Shown: positions 34,347-44,363 of the stretch, one piece after another
How the letters are laid out: every line of letters begins with the position of its first letter
Numbering within the stretch: the first letter of the stretch is position 1
Sequence record: SRR22947727_2503
Direction: 5' to 3' (one strand)
DNA: 64,000 nucleotides
Notes under the pieces: generated by a model
Databases searched by the model: none
The model's input: the letters and a program-made list of their open reading frames with translations, nothing else
What the model was told of the DNA's origin: nothing
Translations under genes and position numbers: made by a program

Positions 34347-36323
34347 ATGGCTAGGAAGTATACGAAAAAATCAGATTATTGGAATAAATTCAATAAAAAC
34401 AATAACTTGGAAGATTTAGCTATGAGTCAAGCTTATGAAGAATCATACGCCCCAGAATTGTTGGGAGAATCATTTTATACATCAGATGCTTCGTATAAGA
34501 GTGTGTCTGTAGCGCGTACAAACACTAAAGCATCTAGCAAGTCTACAAGAATTAATCGTGCAGCAATAAGCAATACTATCGACAGATTTTCTAGCATTCG
34601 CAAGGGCATGCTACCTTATGAGTATGCCGCTGATGGTGTAAACGTTCGTGAAGGTATCGAGTTGTGTCAAAAGGCTTATGCTAACGTTGCTGTGTTCAGG
34701 AACGCTGTAGACGTTATGTCTGAGTTTGCAAACACTGAGGTTTACTTAGAGGGGGGGACAAAGAAGAGTCGTGAGTTCTTTTACCAGTTCTTCAAGCGTA
34801 TCAACCTTCAAAATCTAAAAGATCAATACTTCCGCGAGTATTATCGTAGTGGTAATATTTTTGTCTATAGATTTGATGGGGAATTCAACGTGGAGGATTA
34901 TGCTCGACTTATGAATCAAGTTGGAGCCATCAACCCTTCCGCCAATAAGATTCCAGTCAAGTATGTGCTACTAAACCCTTTCGATATTGTATCTAAGAGG
35001 GCTACCACATTTAATGTCGGGGCATATGAAAAAGTTTTATCTGAGTATGAGCTTTCTCGATTGCAGAACCCATCTACAGAGGAAGATCAGTTGATTTATG
35101 ATTCTCTTGACCCAGAGATGAAGAAGCTGATAAAGGATGGGTCATACTATACAGATGGAATTAAAATTGAATTAGACCCCAAACGTCTTAGCTTCTCCTT
35201 CTATAAGAAACAAGATTATGAGCCATTTGCAATACCATTTGGATACCCAGTATTAGAAGATATCAATGCTAAGCTTGAGCTTAAAAAAATGGATCAAGCA
35301 ATTACCCGAACTGTTGAGAATGTTATTCTTCTTATCACTATGGGTGCTGAACCTGAGAAGGGTGGAGTTAACGCCAATAACATTAACGCAATGCAGCATC
35401 TCTTTAAAAATGAGAGTGTCGGTCGCGTTCTAGTCTCAGACTATACCACTAAAGCTAATTTCGTTATTCCAGATCTGAATAAAGTTCTTGGGCCAGCAAA
35501 ATATCAAATCCTTAATGATGATATCAAACAAGGGTTGCAGAACATTGTTGTTGGGGATGAAAAATACAATTCAACACAAGTCAAGGCCCAAATATTCATT
35601 GATCGCCTTAAAGAAGCTAGAAGCTGTTTCTTAAATGATTTCTTACAAAGGGAGATTAAGAGGATTGCTAATAGCCTTGGATTCAAGTCTTACCCAACCG
35701 CAACGATGAAGGATATCGACATGCGTGATGAGACGCAGCTTATGCGTGTTTCCACCCGCCTGATGGAGCTTGGTATTCTTACCCCTCAACAAGGAATGGA
35801 GATGTTCCATAATGGCAAGTTCCCGAATGCAGAAGATATTGCTCCTGCTCAAAGCGCATTTATTGAACAGAGGAAAGAAGGTTTCTACAACCCTATTGTT
35901 GGCGGAGTGCCAATGATTGAAGACGAAACCTCTGAGAAATCTCAAACTCCTGAAGCTGCTGGTAGACCACATGGCACTACCACAGTAGATGAGCAGAAAC
36001 TATCTAATGCGGAATACTCTAGAACAAGCATTCAATCTACCATTTATGCTGTAGAAGCTTTTAATTCTATAGCTAGAGAGAGGGCTGAAGAGAAGTTTGG
36101 TGGGGAGTTAAATGAGCAACAGGAAGAGATGGTAACTAAACTTTGTGAGTCGATTGTTTGCGCTTCTGAGCGTGAACAGTGGAACCAAACCCTTGAAGCT
36201 TGTATTGATAATTTCGAACTTATCGAAGAATTAAATGTAATGAACGAGGTTTTAAGTGTAGCTAATAAGCATAACTTAGAAATTTATCCATCAGCAATTT
36301 TATACCATAGTCATGAAAATTAA
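34347..36323 (+). CDS. Portal protein
   Basis: 658 aa directly after terL; VFRNAVDVMSEF, REYYRSGN, PFAIPF. Confidence 0.75.
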   Translation: MARKYTKKSDYWNKFNKNNNLEDLAMSQAYEESYAPELLGESFYTSDASYKSVSVARTNTKASSKSTRINRAAISNTIDRFSSIRKGMLPYEYAADGVNVREGIELCQKAYANVAVFRNAVDVMSEFANTEVYLEGGTKKSREFFYQFFKRINLQNLKDQYFREYYRSGNIFVYRFDGEFNVEDYARLMNQVGAINPSANKIPVKYVLLNPFDIVSKRATTFNVGAYEKVLSEYELSRLQNPSTEEDQLIYDSLDPEMKKLIKDGSYYTDGIKIELDPKRLSFSFYKKQDYEPFAIPFGYPVLEDINAKLELKKMDQAITRTVENVILLITMGAEPEKGGVNANNINAMQHLFKNESVGRVLVSDYTTKANFVIPDLNKVLGPAKYQILNDDIKQGLQNIVVGDEKYNSTQVKAQIFIDRLKEARSCFLNDFLQREIKRIANSLGFKSYPTATMKDIDMRDETQLMRVSTRLMELGILTPQQGMEMFHNGKFPNAEDIAPAQSAFIEQRKEGFYNPIVGGVPMIEDETSEKSQTPEAAGRPHGTTTVDEQKLSNAEYSRTSIQSTIYAVEAFNSIARERAEEKFGGELNEQQEEMVTKLCESIVCASEREQWNQTLEACIDNFELIEELNVMNEVLSVANKHNLEIYPSAILYHSHEN

Positions 36324-36753
36324 TCCAGAAGACATTGAATTACCCCTTGAGAAAACTGTTAGTTTTAAAAATGGGGAAGCGGAAGTATCCATCGCTAGTA
36401 AGTATAGCGGTTCAGAAGCAGGTTTGTATAAATCTTATATGAGTGTGTGTGCATCTGACGATAAAGCCCTTACGGACACTGAAGGTATGGACAAAAAACA
36501 TACTTATGCAGCTTGCGCCATTCAGTACGATAAGATGCGAGCTATGATGATGGATGATAGCAAAGGAGAGCTTACTGATAAGCAAAAGCAACTTCCACCT
36601 GCACTACAAAAAGTCATCCTCGATAAGATGAAGAAGGATGGGAAGATTAGTAAAGAAGACTCTGAGGCCGCTGAAAAGAAACTTTTATCCAAAGACGATG
36701 AAAAAGAGTCTGATCCAAAAGGTGAAAAACTGGAGGTTAAGGAGAAAAAGTAA
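36313..36753 (+). CDS. Hypothetical head-region protein
   Basis: Between portal and protease; LTDKQKQLPPALQK motif. Confidence 0.6.
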   Translation: MKINPEDIELPLEKTVSFKNGEAEVSIASKYSGSEAGLYKSYMSVCASDDKALTDTEGMDKKHTYAACAIQYDKMRAMMMDDSKGELTDKQKQLPPALQKVILDKMKKDGKISKEDSEAAEKKLLSKDDEKESDPKGEKLEVKEKK

Positions 36754-36754
36754 A

Positions 36755-38215
36755 ATGCCTTACAAGTATACAACCACTTTCGAATCTGAAATTTTCGCTC
36801 ATCAAGTGGATGATGAGTTCGTATCTAAGGCTTCTCTAAGTGAGCTATCTTCTCTAGTCCCAAAAAATATTGACTTTGAGAAGAATGTAGACCTACTGGG
36901 TGTATCATTTAATGCTGCTGTTGTTAATGTATTTAATAGAAACGGTGACGGTATTGATACCGCCACCGCTTTACAGTATAACGATCAGTTTATACATAAG
37001 CCCACTAATATAGAGCATAATAAAGATAAGATTGTGGGACATATTGTTACTGCTGGGTTCAGTGATTATGGCTCTAATAAAATTTTATCTAATGAAGAAT
37101 TAGAAAATAAGAAAGACCCGTTTAATATAGCATTAGGCGCTGTGGTCTATAAGTCGGCAAATAAACAGTTTGCTCAACTTCTAGAAAGATCAACTGATCC
37201 AGAAGACGAATCTTATTATAAAAAAATATCTGCAAGTTGGGAGGTTGGTTTCTCTAATTATGTTTTGGCCGTAGGGAGTGATAAACTCAACGAGGCCACT
37301 ATTGTATCAGACCCTCATAAGATTAAAGAGATGAACGGTTTCTTAAAAGCTTATGGCGGTTCTGGTAAAACTGATAAGGGCGAACCGATCTATAGATTGA
37401 TTACTGGAAAGATATATCCATTGGGTATTGGTTTCACTTCTAATCCAGCCGCAGATGTAAAAGGTATCTACAAAGACCAAGAAGATAGTGATCAAGATAA
37501 ATTTTCACATAAAGATAAAAAAACTGTAACAAAAGAAAATAACATAGCTATGGAAAACATTGTTAACGAACTAAAGGATCTTCTTATCGAGAAAAAAATC
37601 GGTGAGGAGACTGTAGCTTCCATGACTCAGACTTTTTCAGAGGCGATTCGTGAAAAGAACGAAGAGTTTTTGAAGGAAGCAGAGGCTCTTAAGAGCGAAA
37701 AGGAAGCTGTCAAAAAGGAATACGAAGATCTTAAAGCATCTGTGGACGGGCTTGAAGCCAAGCTCACTGAAGCGAATGATCGGATTAACGTTTTTGAAAA
37801 TGAGAAAAAGGCTGAAGAAGCTGTTGCTCGTTTCAATGTGCGTATGGACGAACTTGATTCCAAGTTCGAACTATCTGATGAAGATCGCCAATTCCTTGCT
37901 GAAGAAGTGAAGTCTCTTGACGAGGCTGAAGAAGCGTTCGCTTCTTACTCTGATAAGCTTGAAGTGCTTTGGAAGCATAAGAGCAAAGCTAATAAAGAAG
38001 CTTTCGAGGCTGAAATTCAGGCTCGCATTGATGAGGAAGTTGCTAAGCGTGTTGCTAATACTTCGGAAGAAGTTGATGTTGAGCAAGCTCTCGACAATGC
38101 ACACCAAGTTGACGCTGATATCTCAAACAATAACGAGGCTCTCGCTTCTAAAGAAGAGAATCTTGTTGATAAATTTAAAAAAGCGTTCTCTCGCGAGAAC
38201 ATCGAAATTTCTTAA
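36755..38215 (+). CDS. Prohead protease / scaffold fusion
   Basis: NRNGD, KPTNIEH..IVGHI, SASWEVGF, GIGFT.NPAA, then a long acidic coiled coil. Confidence 0.7.
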   Translation: MPYKYTTTFESEIFAHQVDDEFVSKASLSELSSLVPKNIDFEKNVDLLGVSFNAAVVNVFNRNGDGIDTATALQYNDQFIHKPTNIEHNKDKIVGHIVTAGFSDYGSNKILSNEELENKKDPFNIALGAVVYKSANKQFAQLLERSTDPEDESYYKKISASWEVGFSNYVLAVGSDKLNEATIVSDPHKIKEMNGFLKAYGGSGKTDKGEPIYRLITGKIYPLGIGFTSNPAADVKGIYKDQEDSDQDKFSHKDKKTVTKENNIAMENIVNELKDLLIEKKIGEETVASMTQTFSEAIREKNEEFLKEAEALKSEKEAVKKEYEDLKASVDGLEAKLTEANDRINVFENEKKAEEAVARFNVRMDELDSKFELSDEDRQFLAEEVKSLDEAEEAFASYSDKLEVLWKHKSKANKEAFEAEIQARIDEEVAKRVANTSEEVDVEQALDNAHQVDADISNNNEALASKEENLVDKFKKAFSRENIEIS

Positions 38216-38235
38216 CTTAAACTAAAAATAATATT

Positions 38236-38856
38236 ATGGGACTAAAAATTCTTCCATTTAGACAATATGACGAACATGATGTCGTCAATCTCTTTCGAGC
38301 ATCCGATGGGATGGTACTCGATAGCACCACCGATGCTGGTTCTGGCGATGCTGGAACTTTTGTTAAGGTGAAGGCTGGAAACTTCAATGCTGAGCCAGTT
38401 TCTTACGTAACTGACGCTTACCTTGGTAAGACTGATTACCCTTTTGTTGGGCGTAATCAGTATCCTAAAGTTAATTTGGAGCTTGAGCCAGCTGGAGCAG
38501 GAGATATCCCTTTGGGTATCACCCTCTTGCAAACTGCAAAAAATGACGAAAACGGAGAGAAGCTTCTCTATAACCCTCAGAAAGCTGCTGAACTTCAGGC
38601 TGCTCTCCCCGGAGAAGCTGTTCCTGTTGCTACTAAAGGTATCTTCACTGTCTCTACCGCCGCTTTCCAAGGCGCTCTTGGTGGCGATCTTGTTATCGGA
38701 GGTGGAATTAAATCTTCTACTGCTGGAACCGTCACAGGTTGCAGTCTTTTTGATAGCGGATGTTTCGCACAGATTATCGGAACAGGAAGTCGTGCTACTC
38801 AAAACGGTGTTACTGATCAGTTCGATGGTGAGTATCTTGTCTTTAAATTCAAGTAA
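38236..38856 (+). CDS. Capsid decoration / cement protein
   Basis: Between scaffold and major capsid; biased codon usage. Confidence 0.6.
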   Translation: MGLKILPFRQYDEHDVVNLFRASDGMVLDSTTDAGSGDAGTFVKVKAGNFNAEPVSYVTDAYLGKTDYPFVGRNQYPKVNLELEPAGAGDIPLGITLLQTAKNDENGEKLLYNPQKAAELQAALPGEAVPVATKGIFTVSTAAFQGALGGDLVIGGGIKSSTAGTVTGCSLFDSGCFAQIIGTGSRATQNGVTDQFDGEYLVFKFK

Positions 38857-38875
38857 TATAGAAAGAATCTAAAAA

Positions 38876-40003
38876 ATGAAAATCACTTTAAAAAGAACTC
38901 CAGAACAAATTGAGTTGGTTAAAGCTATGGCTTCTCGTAACCGCACTGTCGCTTACGAAGCTCAAGTAGCTCTTGCTGAGTTTATTGGACCTGTGCTTGC
39001 AGAGGTTATCAATCAAGCTCCTACGCTTTCTAACCTTTTCACCACGCTTCAGTTTAACGCTGATGACAATCCTTCGATCCCTCTTGATCTCTATCATGAC
39101 ATCAATGACGAAGATTACATCAAGGTTTACAGCCAGTCTCATGCTGGTGGTCTTCCTACCAATCAGGTGCTTCCTACTGCGTCCGAGATGAAAATCGCTA
39201 CCTACGGTCTTGATACCGCTGTTAGCTTTGATCGTCGTTACGCAGCTAAGTCCCGCATGGATGTTGTCTCTAAGACCTTCACCCGTGCTGCTCAGGAAAT
39301 CCTTGCTAAGCAGGAGACTACCTCCGCTAGCTTGATTATGGGAGCGCTTTCTGAGGCTTCGACCAACAGTGTTGATCACGTTTTTGAAAACGGTCATGGC
39401 AGCTTGAACTTCGTCCTTGACGACATTAACAAGCTTATGACTAAGGCTAAGCGTATTCAGTCTTCTTTCCTTGGTGGATCACCTGCTGGTGGAACCGCTA
39501 AAGGAATTACTGACCTTATCGTTTCTCCAGAAGTTGTCGAAAAGCTTCGTGCTATGGCTTACAATCCAATCAACACCTCTAACGGTCCTGCTGGTAGTGG
39601 TGGAACTGGGTCTGATGGTGTTGCTGCTCCTGATGAGCTTCGCATGAGCGTTTATAACAGCGCTGGCCTTCCTGAGTTCTACGGCATTTCCATCATGGAG
39701 ATTCTTGAGCTTGGAGCTAATAAGAGGTTCACTAACGTGTTTGATGCCGCTCAGGCATCTGGCGCTTCTACTGGAGCTGCGTTGTTCACTACTGGCGACG
39801 ATCTTGTTGTTGGTATCGACCGCTCCCGTGAGTCCCTTATCCGTGCTGTTGCTGTTGATGAAGATTCTGGTGGTGAGTTTAGCCTCATCGCTGATGATCA
39901 GTACAGCATTCGCCAGCAGAAGATCGGATACTTCGGATCGCTTGAAGAGGGCCGCATGGTTCTTGACAATCGCGCTCTTGTCGGATGTGTCGTTTCTGCT
40001 TAA
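38876..40003 (+). CDS. Major capsid protein
   Basis: 375 aa at the end of the head operon, strong codon bias, followed by a strong terminator. Confidence 0.8.
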   Translation: MKITLKRTPEQIELVKAMASRNRTVAYEAQVALAEFIGPVLAEVINQAPTLSNLFTTLQFNADDNPSIPLDLYHDINDEDYIKVYSQSHAGGLPTNQVLPTASEMKIATYGLDTAVSFDRRYAAKSRMDVVSKTFTRAAQEILAKQETTSASLIMGALSEASTNSVDHVFENGHGSLNFVLDDINKLMTKAKRIQSSFLGGSPAGGTAKGITDLIVSPEVVEKLRAMAYNPINTSNGPAGSGGTGSDGVAAPDELRMSVYNSAGLPEFYGISIMEILELGANKRFTNVFDAAQASGASTGAALFTTGDDLVVGIDRSRESLIRAVAVDEDSGGEFSLIADDQYSIRQQKIGYFGSLEEGRMVLDNRALVGCVVSA

Positions 40004-40020
40004 TAGCAAATTCTACATTA

Positions 40021-40054
40021 AGAGTCGCTCCTTCGGGGGCGGCTCTTTTTTTTT
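40021..40054 (+). terminator. Intrinsic terminator after the capsid gene
   Basis: AGAGTCGCTCC-TTCG-GGGGCGGCTCT then T9. Confidence 0.9.
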
Positions 40055-40087
40055 GTTTATTTTTTAATATATCGTGTATAATAGTAT

Positions 40088-40465
40088 ATGGACAATTTTG
40101 AAAACGTGTCGTATGGTAACGGCCAAAACAATTATTTTGGCGCAGAAACTTCAGCTGAGCTTAAGAAGAAGCTCGCTTCTTATGGTAAATCAGAACTCAG
40201 GGGGCTAGCTTCTAAAGTAGGCTTGAACCCTAATTATGATAAATCTATTTTGCGTGATATCATCCTTAAAGAGTTTCAAAGCTATAAAGCTAAAAACTCT
40301 CCTATACCCGCCCCAAAGCCCATGTTCGCAGAAGCTTCTGAAGATATTCAAGACATGATTAAGTCCGTGGGCAAAGTGAATGCTGACGAACAAGCTAAGA
40401 AAAAATGGACCAGTAAAAAGAAATGGTCTAAAAAAAACAACTCAAGTGAAAAAGATTCTGAATAG
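40088..40465 (+). CDS. Hypothetical protein
   Basis: 125 aa; ELRGLASKVGL helix pair. Confidence 0.6.
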   Translation: MDNFENVSYGNGQNNYFGAETSAELKKKLASYGKSELRGLASKVGLNPNYDKSILRDIILKEFQSYKAKNSPIPAPKPMFAEASEDIQDMIKSVGKVNADEQAKKKWTSKKKWSKKNNSSEKDSE

Positions 40466-40478
40466 TGTAATATAAAGT

Positions 40479-40943
40479 ATGAGCGTAATTGGTAATTTGG
40501 CGACTGAAATTTTTTCAGATGAATTTGATAGTGATACTGGTGTCGTAGCATCAGGATCTATTGAGGCTTGGTTAGAGAATAACTTGGGTCAATTAAATAC
40601 TTTAATTTATCAGGATTTTAGTGGAGCTGATGCCTCTCTCGATACTGAAGCTCAATCTATTCATAAGGAGCTTTATTTATATAATTATTATACAAAACAA
40701 TCGCGAAATGCCTTGCGAGGCATAACTGCTGCGACAAGCGATAATAAAATATTGTCTTTAAAGGACGGAGAATCCACTGTAACGTTCGTTAACCGTAATG
40801 AGGTGTCTAAGGTCTATAGAGGGCTTGCGAGTGATTCTAAGGCCAAAGTGGACGATTTAGTGGCTAGATATAATATCTATCAGGCGACCCCACAGCAAGT
40901 TGGTGGAATTGATGGCGAGCTTTTTACAGGACAAGTTAGCTAA
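40479..40943 (+). CDS. Putative head-tail adaptor
   Basis: Size and position after the capsid gene. Confidence 0.45.
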   Translation: MSVIGNLATEIFSDEFDSDTGVVASGSIEAWLENNLGQLNTLIYQDFSGADASLDTEAQSIHKELYLYNYYTKQSRNALRGITAATSDNKILSLKDGESTVTFVNRNEVSKVYRGLASDSKAKVDDLVARYNIYQATPQQVGGIDGELFTGQVS

Positions 40944-40961
40944 TACACATAAAGTATACAT

Positions 40962-40993
40962 AAAAAAAGGGCGGTGTTTCCACCGCCCTTTTT
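40962..40993. terminator. Bidirectional intrinsic terminator
   Basis: A7-GGGCGGTG-TTTC-CACCGCCC-T5 between convergent genes. Confidence 0.9.
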
Positions 40994-41007
40994 GTTTGAA
41001 GGTTTTA

Positions 41008-42117
41008 TTAACCTTCTGGATGGAAGACTGTAGTAGTGTTAATTCCACTAGCAAAGACTCCATTAGTTGTATCGTCTGGACCTCCCACAGAAGTGGCAAA
41101 GGTGAGATCAACACTCTTGTTCGCTCCAATTGAAGAGGAGAACGACTCGCTTACAATCTGAGCGCCTTTCATCGTGTATAGCATTGCGGTAGCTCCAGCC
41201 TCATTCTTGAGGGTCAGAGTTACAGTTTTAGTAGACTCATCATTGATAACGTCAGCAAGGTTTCTTGCAGTAACCTCATTAACAATAGCATTTACAGAAA
41301 GTGTAGCTTGAACTGGGAAATCTACAGAACGGGCATATGCAAACTTAGTTCCAAGTCTTTCAAGAGGTGTACGAGAAAGTGGGATAGAAAGTGATGCAGA
41401 CTGAATGTGAGCGCCATCAGTATCCGCAGGGTCAATATCAACAATAGTTTGACCATCGAAGGTTGTAATATCAACTGTAACATCTCCCGGGCGAAGAGCA
41501 ATTTCTCCACCAGCGTTTCCACTTGTAGCAGTAGGCAATCCTACGATTCCGTCAAGCTTAGTTCCACTAGCTTGGCTAACTGCTGGGGTTTCGATTACAT
41601 TTCCAGCTGTAGAGTTGATGTTTGCAGCTTCGAAAGAAACAGAGACTGTTGGCAGAGATCCTACAGAAAGATCTAGTGAGTAATCAGTCAGGTAAGCGTT
41701 ACCAATACCAATAACATCATTAGCAGCTCCAGAAACAGTAACTCCATTAGCATCTTTACCTTCTGGGACGGTAGTTACATAAAAGTTTTTTCCATCTCCA
41801 TCAGCTAAGAAACCTGAGATAAATGATTTTTCATTTGCGTCTCCACCTTCTGTTTGAACGTAAAAACCTAAAGCTCTTTCGTTAAATCCATCAGTCACAA
41901 GATACGAAGTATCCATAGAAACTGTGGGGGCTTCAAGAACCATTGATCCAACTTTAGAAAGTTGTCCAAATTGATTAACATCCTGACGAGAAATGTTAAA
42001 ACTATAGTTTGCAGACTGAACACGATTAAGTTGTGCGTGATCGCCTGTACCTGTCGAGCTAGCATCTTTACTAACGTAAAGAGCCTCTGATTGATAAATT
42101 ACTCTATTTTTGGCCAT
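41008..42117 (-). CDS. Major tail tube protein
   Basis: RVQSANYSFNISRQDVNQFG; 369 aa, Thr/Ser/Gly-rich, followed by a terminator. Confidence 0.7.
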   Translation of the reverse strand: MAKNRVIYQSEALYVSKDASSTGTGDHAQLNRVQSANYSFNISRQDVNQFGQLSKVGSMVLEAPTVSMDTSYLVTDGFNERALGFYVQTEGGDANEKSFISGFLADGDGKNFYVTTVPEGKDANGVTVSGAANDVIGIGNAYLTDYSLDLSVGSLPTVSVSFEAANINSTAGNVIETPAVSQASGTKLDGIVGLPTATSGNAGGEIALRPGDVTVDITTFDGQTIVDIDPADTDGAHIQSASLSIPLSRTPLERLGTKFAYARSVDFPVQATLSVNAIVNEVTARNLADVINDESTKTVTLTLKNEAGATAMLYTMKGAQIVSESFSSSIGANKSVDLTFATSVGGPDDTTNGVFASGINTTTVFHPEG

Positions 42118-42164
42118 AATAAGTTATTTTTTAATGTTTACAATATTTTTGATGTTTTATGAAA

Positions 42165-42995
42165 TTAAGAAAATCTAAATCGGTGAACTTTTATGTCAAA
42201 ATCAATAAATCCGACATAAAGATCATTAGCTAAAGACTTCCTTGCTTTGTCTGTTAGTTTTGAAGTAGTTACAGTGTCTACTAAAAAAGGTTTGTTGCTG
42301 TCGTAGGTGTTAGATAGCGTGGTGTATGAATATGTACCGTTTTTTAGGTCTCCATATTCGTTGACGGGATGCCCACTCATGGGTATTGGACGGAATATCT
42401 CATTGTGAGAATCCCCAAAAATTGATAACACTCCATCCAATTTGTATGGATCATCTGAGAGAACTACGGCATTTACACGAACTTTGGTGCATTCTTCCCC
42501 TCCAAATGCTAAAGGTTCATTCTCCATTGTGGCTGTAGAAAGAAAAACCGCTGGTACAACTTGATCGTACGGAGCTATTCCAGATTCATTGTATGTTGGG
42601 ATTCTAGAATTAACTTCATATTTGTTTTCTACAACTAGATCTTCTTCTGTTTCGTTTGTGAAGTAGATATTAAAGTCTTTAACTGCGAAAGTCCCTGTGA
42701 CTGTAGAACTTGATGTATAGTTAGATCCTGTTTCCACAATTCGACCATTGTCGTAGTCAATATAGTGAGAGTCTCCTGCAATTGTTGTAGGTAAAACTGC
42801 TCCAGCAATTGATGAATCAGTGACGAATTGCTTGTAAGGGCTAGAAAACGGGACATAAGAATCATCCAAGAAATCATCTGGGGTGTGATAGAAAGTTCCT
42901 GTTTGATTTGAAAATGCTTCGCCTTTTTTCAACAAAAAGTTATCAAACCAAAGCATAAACGAATTGGTAAGCGTATGTACAAATTGCTCTTTCAT
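42165..42995 (-). CDS. Putative tail terminator / neck protein
   Basis: Position upstream of the tail tube; PAVFLS..E..PLAFGG. Confidence 0.45.
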   Translation of the reverse strand: MKEQFVHTLTNSFMLWFDNFLLKKGEAFSNQTGTFYHTPDDFLDDSYVPFSSPYKQFVTDSSIAGAVLPTTIAGDSHYIDYDNGRIVETGSNYTSSSTVTGTFAVKDFNIYFTNETEEDLVVENKYEVNSRIPTYNESGIAPYDQVVPAVFLSTATMENEPLAFGGEECTKVRVNAVVLSDDPYKLDGVLSIFGDSHNEIFRPIPMSGHPVNEYGDLKNGTYSYTTLSNTYDSNKPFLVDTVTTSKLTDKARKSLANDLYVGFIDFDIKVHRFRFS

Positions 42996-43564
42996 TTGAT
43001 GTTGTTAAATTGTTTTTTATATTTATTAATCAAAGCGGAAATGTATTGGGTGTTTTGGAATTTTCCAGATCTCACTATAGTTTTTGATTGTACAGCTCCG
43101 CCTGAGCGACCCTTATCTTTTCTGAGTAAGTAGCCAAGGCCAGATATGCCCGTCTCTATTCCCTGCGCCCAACTCCTTCCTGAAGCCCACGGCAATGGGG
43201 TTACTTTGAAAATGTCTGAGGCTTCAGGGATATTAACATTATGTATTACCCCGATTTTAGCTTCTCCTGAATAATTATAATCCATGTTTTCTAAGATTTG
43301 CAGTATAGGTTCTACTGGGCTATCAGAAGAATCAAATCCTATAAAAGCGAAAAGATTAGAGATGCCGCCTAAAGTTCCACTAATATTACTACTTCTAGGA
43401 CCAGCGATTAGTTCTACAGTCACTGGATGACTAAGGAACTCTTTGATCATCTCAGACTTAACTTTAAGAAATTGCTTCTTAAAGTGTTTTTCAAATGGTT
43501 TTCTTAAAGCTTTTGGAGCTTGTCTTTGTATAGCCATTTGGACATCTCTAGGTAAGCGAGCCAT
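42992..43564 (-). CDS. Putative neck / tail-completion protein
   Basis: Basic 190-aa protein in the neck operon. Confidence 0.45.
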   Translation of the reverse strand: MARLPRDVQMAIQRQAPKALRKPFEKHFKKQFLKVKSEMIKEFLSHPVTVELIAGPRSSNISGTLGGISNLFAFIGFDSSDSPVEPILQILENMDYNYSGEAKIGVIHNVNIPEASDIFKVTPLPWASGRSWAQGIETGISGLGYLLRKDKGRSGGAVQSKTIVRSGKFQNTQYISALINKYKKQFNNIK

Positions 43565-44028
43565 TATTCGTCAGTTGGGGTAAGTAAAAAAGTATAAAAT
43601 TTATTTGTGGTTAGTCCTCGGGGAGAGCCGTCACTTTTTATTGCGAACCTAATCCCATCTAGCTCGACCCTTCTAGCTTCTTGCAAAAACTCATAAGCAT
43701 CAATTTTTACCACGATTTTTACAGAACCATTTGGTAAGATAATTTTATTTTGAGTGCCTCGTTGATTTTCATTATTGGATAAATACTCTTCATCCATATT
43801 TACATAATAAACTCTAGCCTCAAAAGTCTGAGATTCTGTGTCGTATTGTATGTTAGATCTAGAACCTGTGTCGCTTCTACCATAGATATTGTTATATCTA
43901 GTATTTGTAGAAATTACGGTCCTTTTGGAGTTCTTGAAAACTGTGATAGTTCGCGCAAAAGTCTCATGCAATGTGTTATACATTGTATTGATTGCAGACT
44001 CCATATTAGAAGATAAAAAACCAGCCAT
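43564..44028 (-). CDS. Putative head-closure protein
   Basis: Start MAGFLSS 8 nt after GTGTAA; beta-rich. Confidence 0.45.
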   Translation of the reverse strand: MAGFLSSNMESAINTMYNTLHETFARTITVFKNSKRTVISTNTRYNNIYGRSDTGSRSNIQYDTESQTFEARVYYVNMDEEYLSNNENQRGTQNKIILPNGSVKIVVKIDAYEFLQEARRVELDGIRFAIKSDGSPRGLTTNKFYTFLLTPTDE

Positions 44029-44071
44029 GTAGATAATTACACATTTTTTCCTATAATAACTAGGATAAAGG

Positions 44072-44359
44072 ATGAATGCCAAAAAAAATTTAAACAAAAG
44101 GTCTGGAGACGAAGTGTCTTCACTGTTTAAAATGATGTTAATTATGGTGGAAGACATGAAGAAAGATCATGATTTTCACTATCAGAAGTTGTACGAAGGT
44201 GTCCCAGAAAAGTATCACCCAGTAATTAAGGCAGCTGATCATTTTACCCCAGATAAAGTTTTATGGATTAGAAAGAGGATTTTGGACTTTGGCAACGAAA
44301 GTTTGCGTAATGTACAAAATGAAATAGAAAATTACAAAGTTGAATTTATATTTAAATAG
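44072..44359 (+). CDS. Hypothetical protein
   Basis: 95-aa ORF. Confidence 0.6.
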   Translation: MNAKKNLNKRSGDEVSSLFKMMLIMVEDMKKDHDFHYQKLYEGVPEKYHPVIKAADHFTPDKVLWIRKRILDFGNESLRNVQNEIENYKVEFIFK

Positions 44360-44363
44360 GAAC

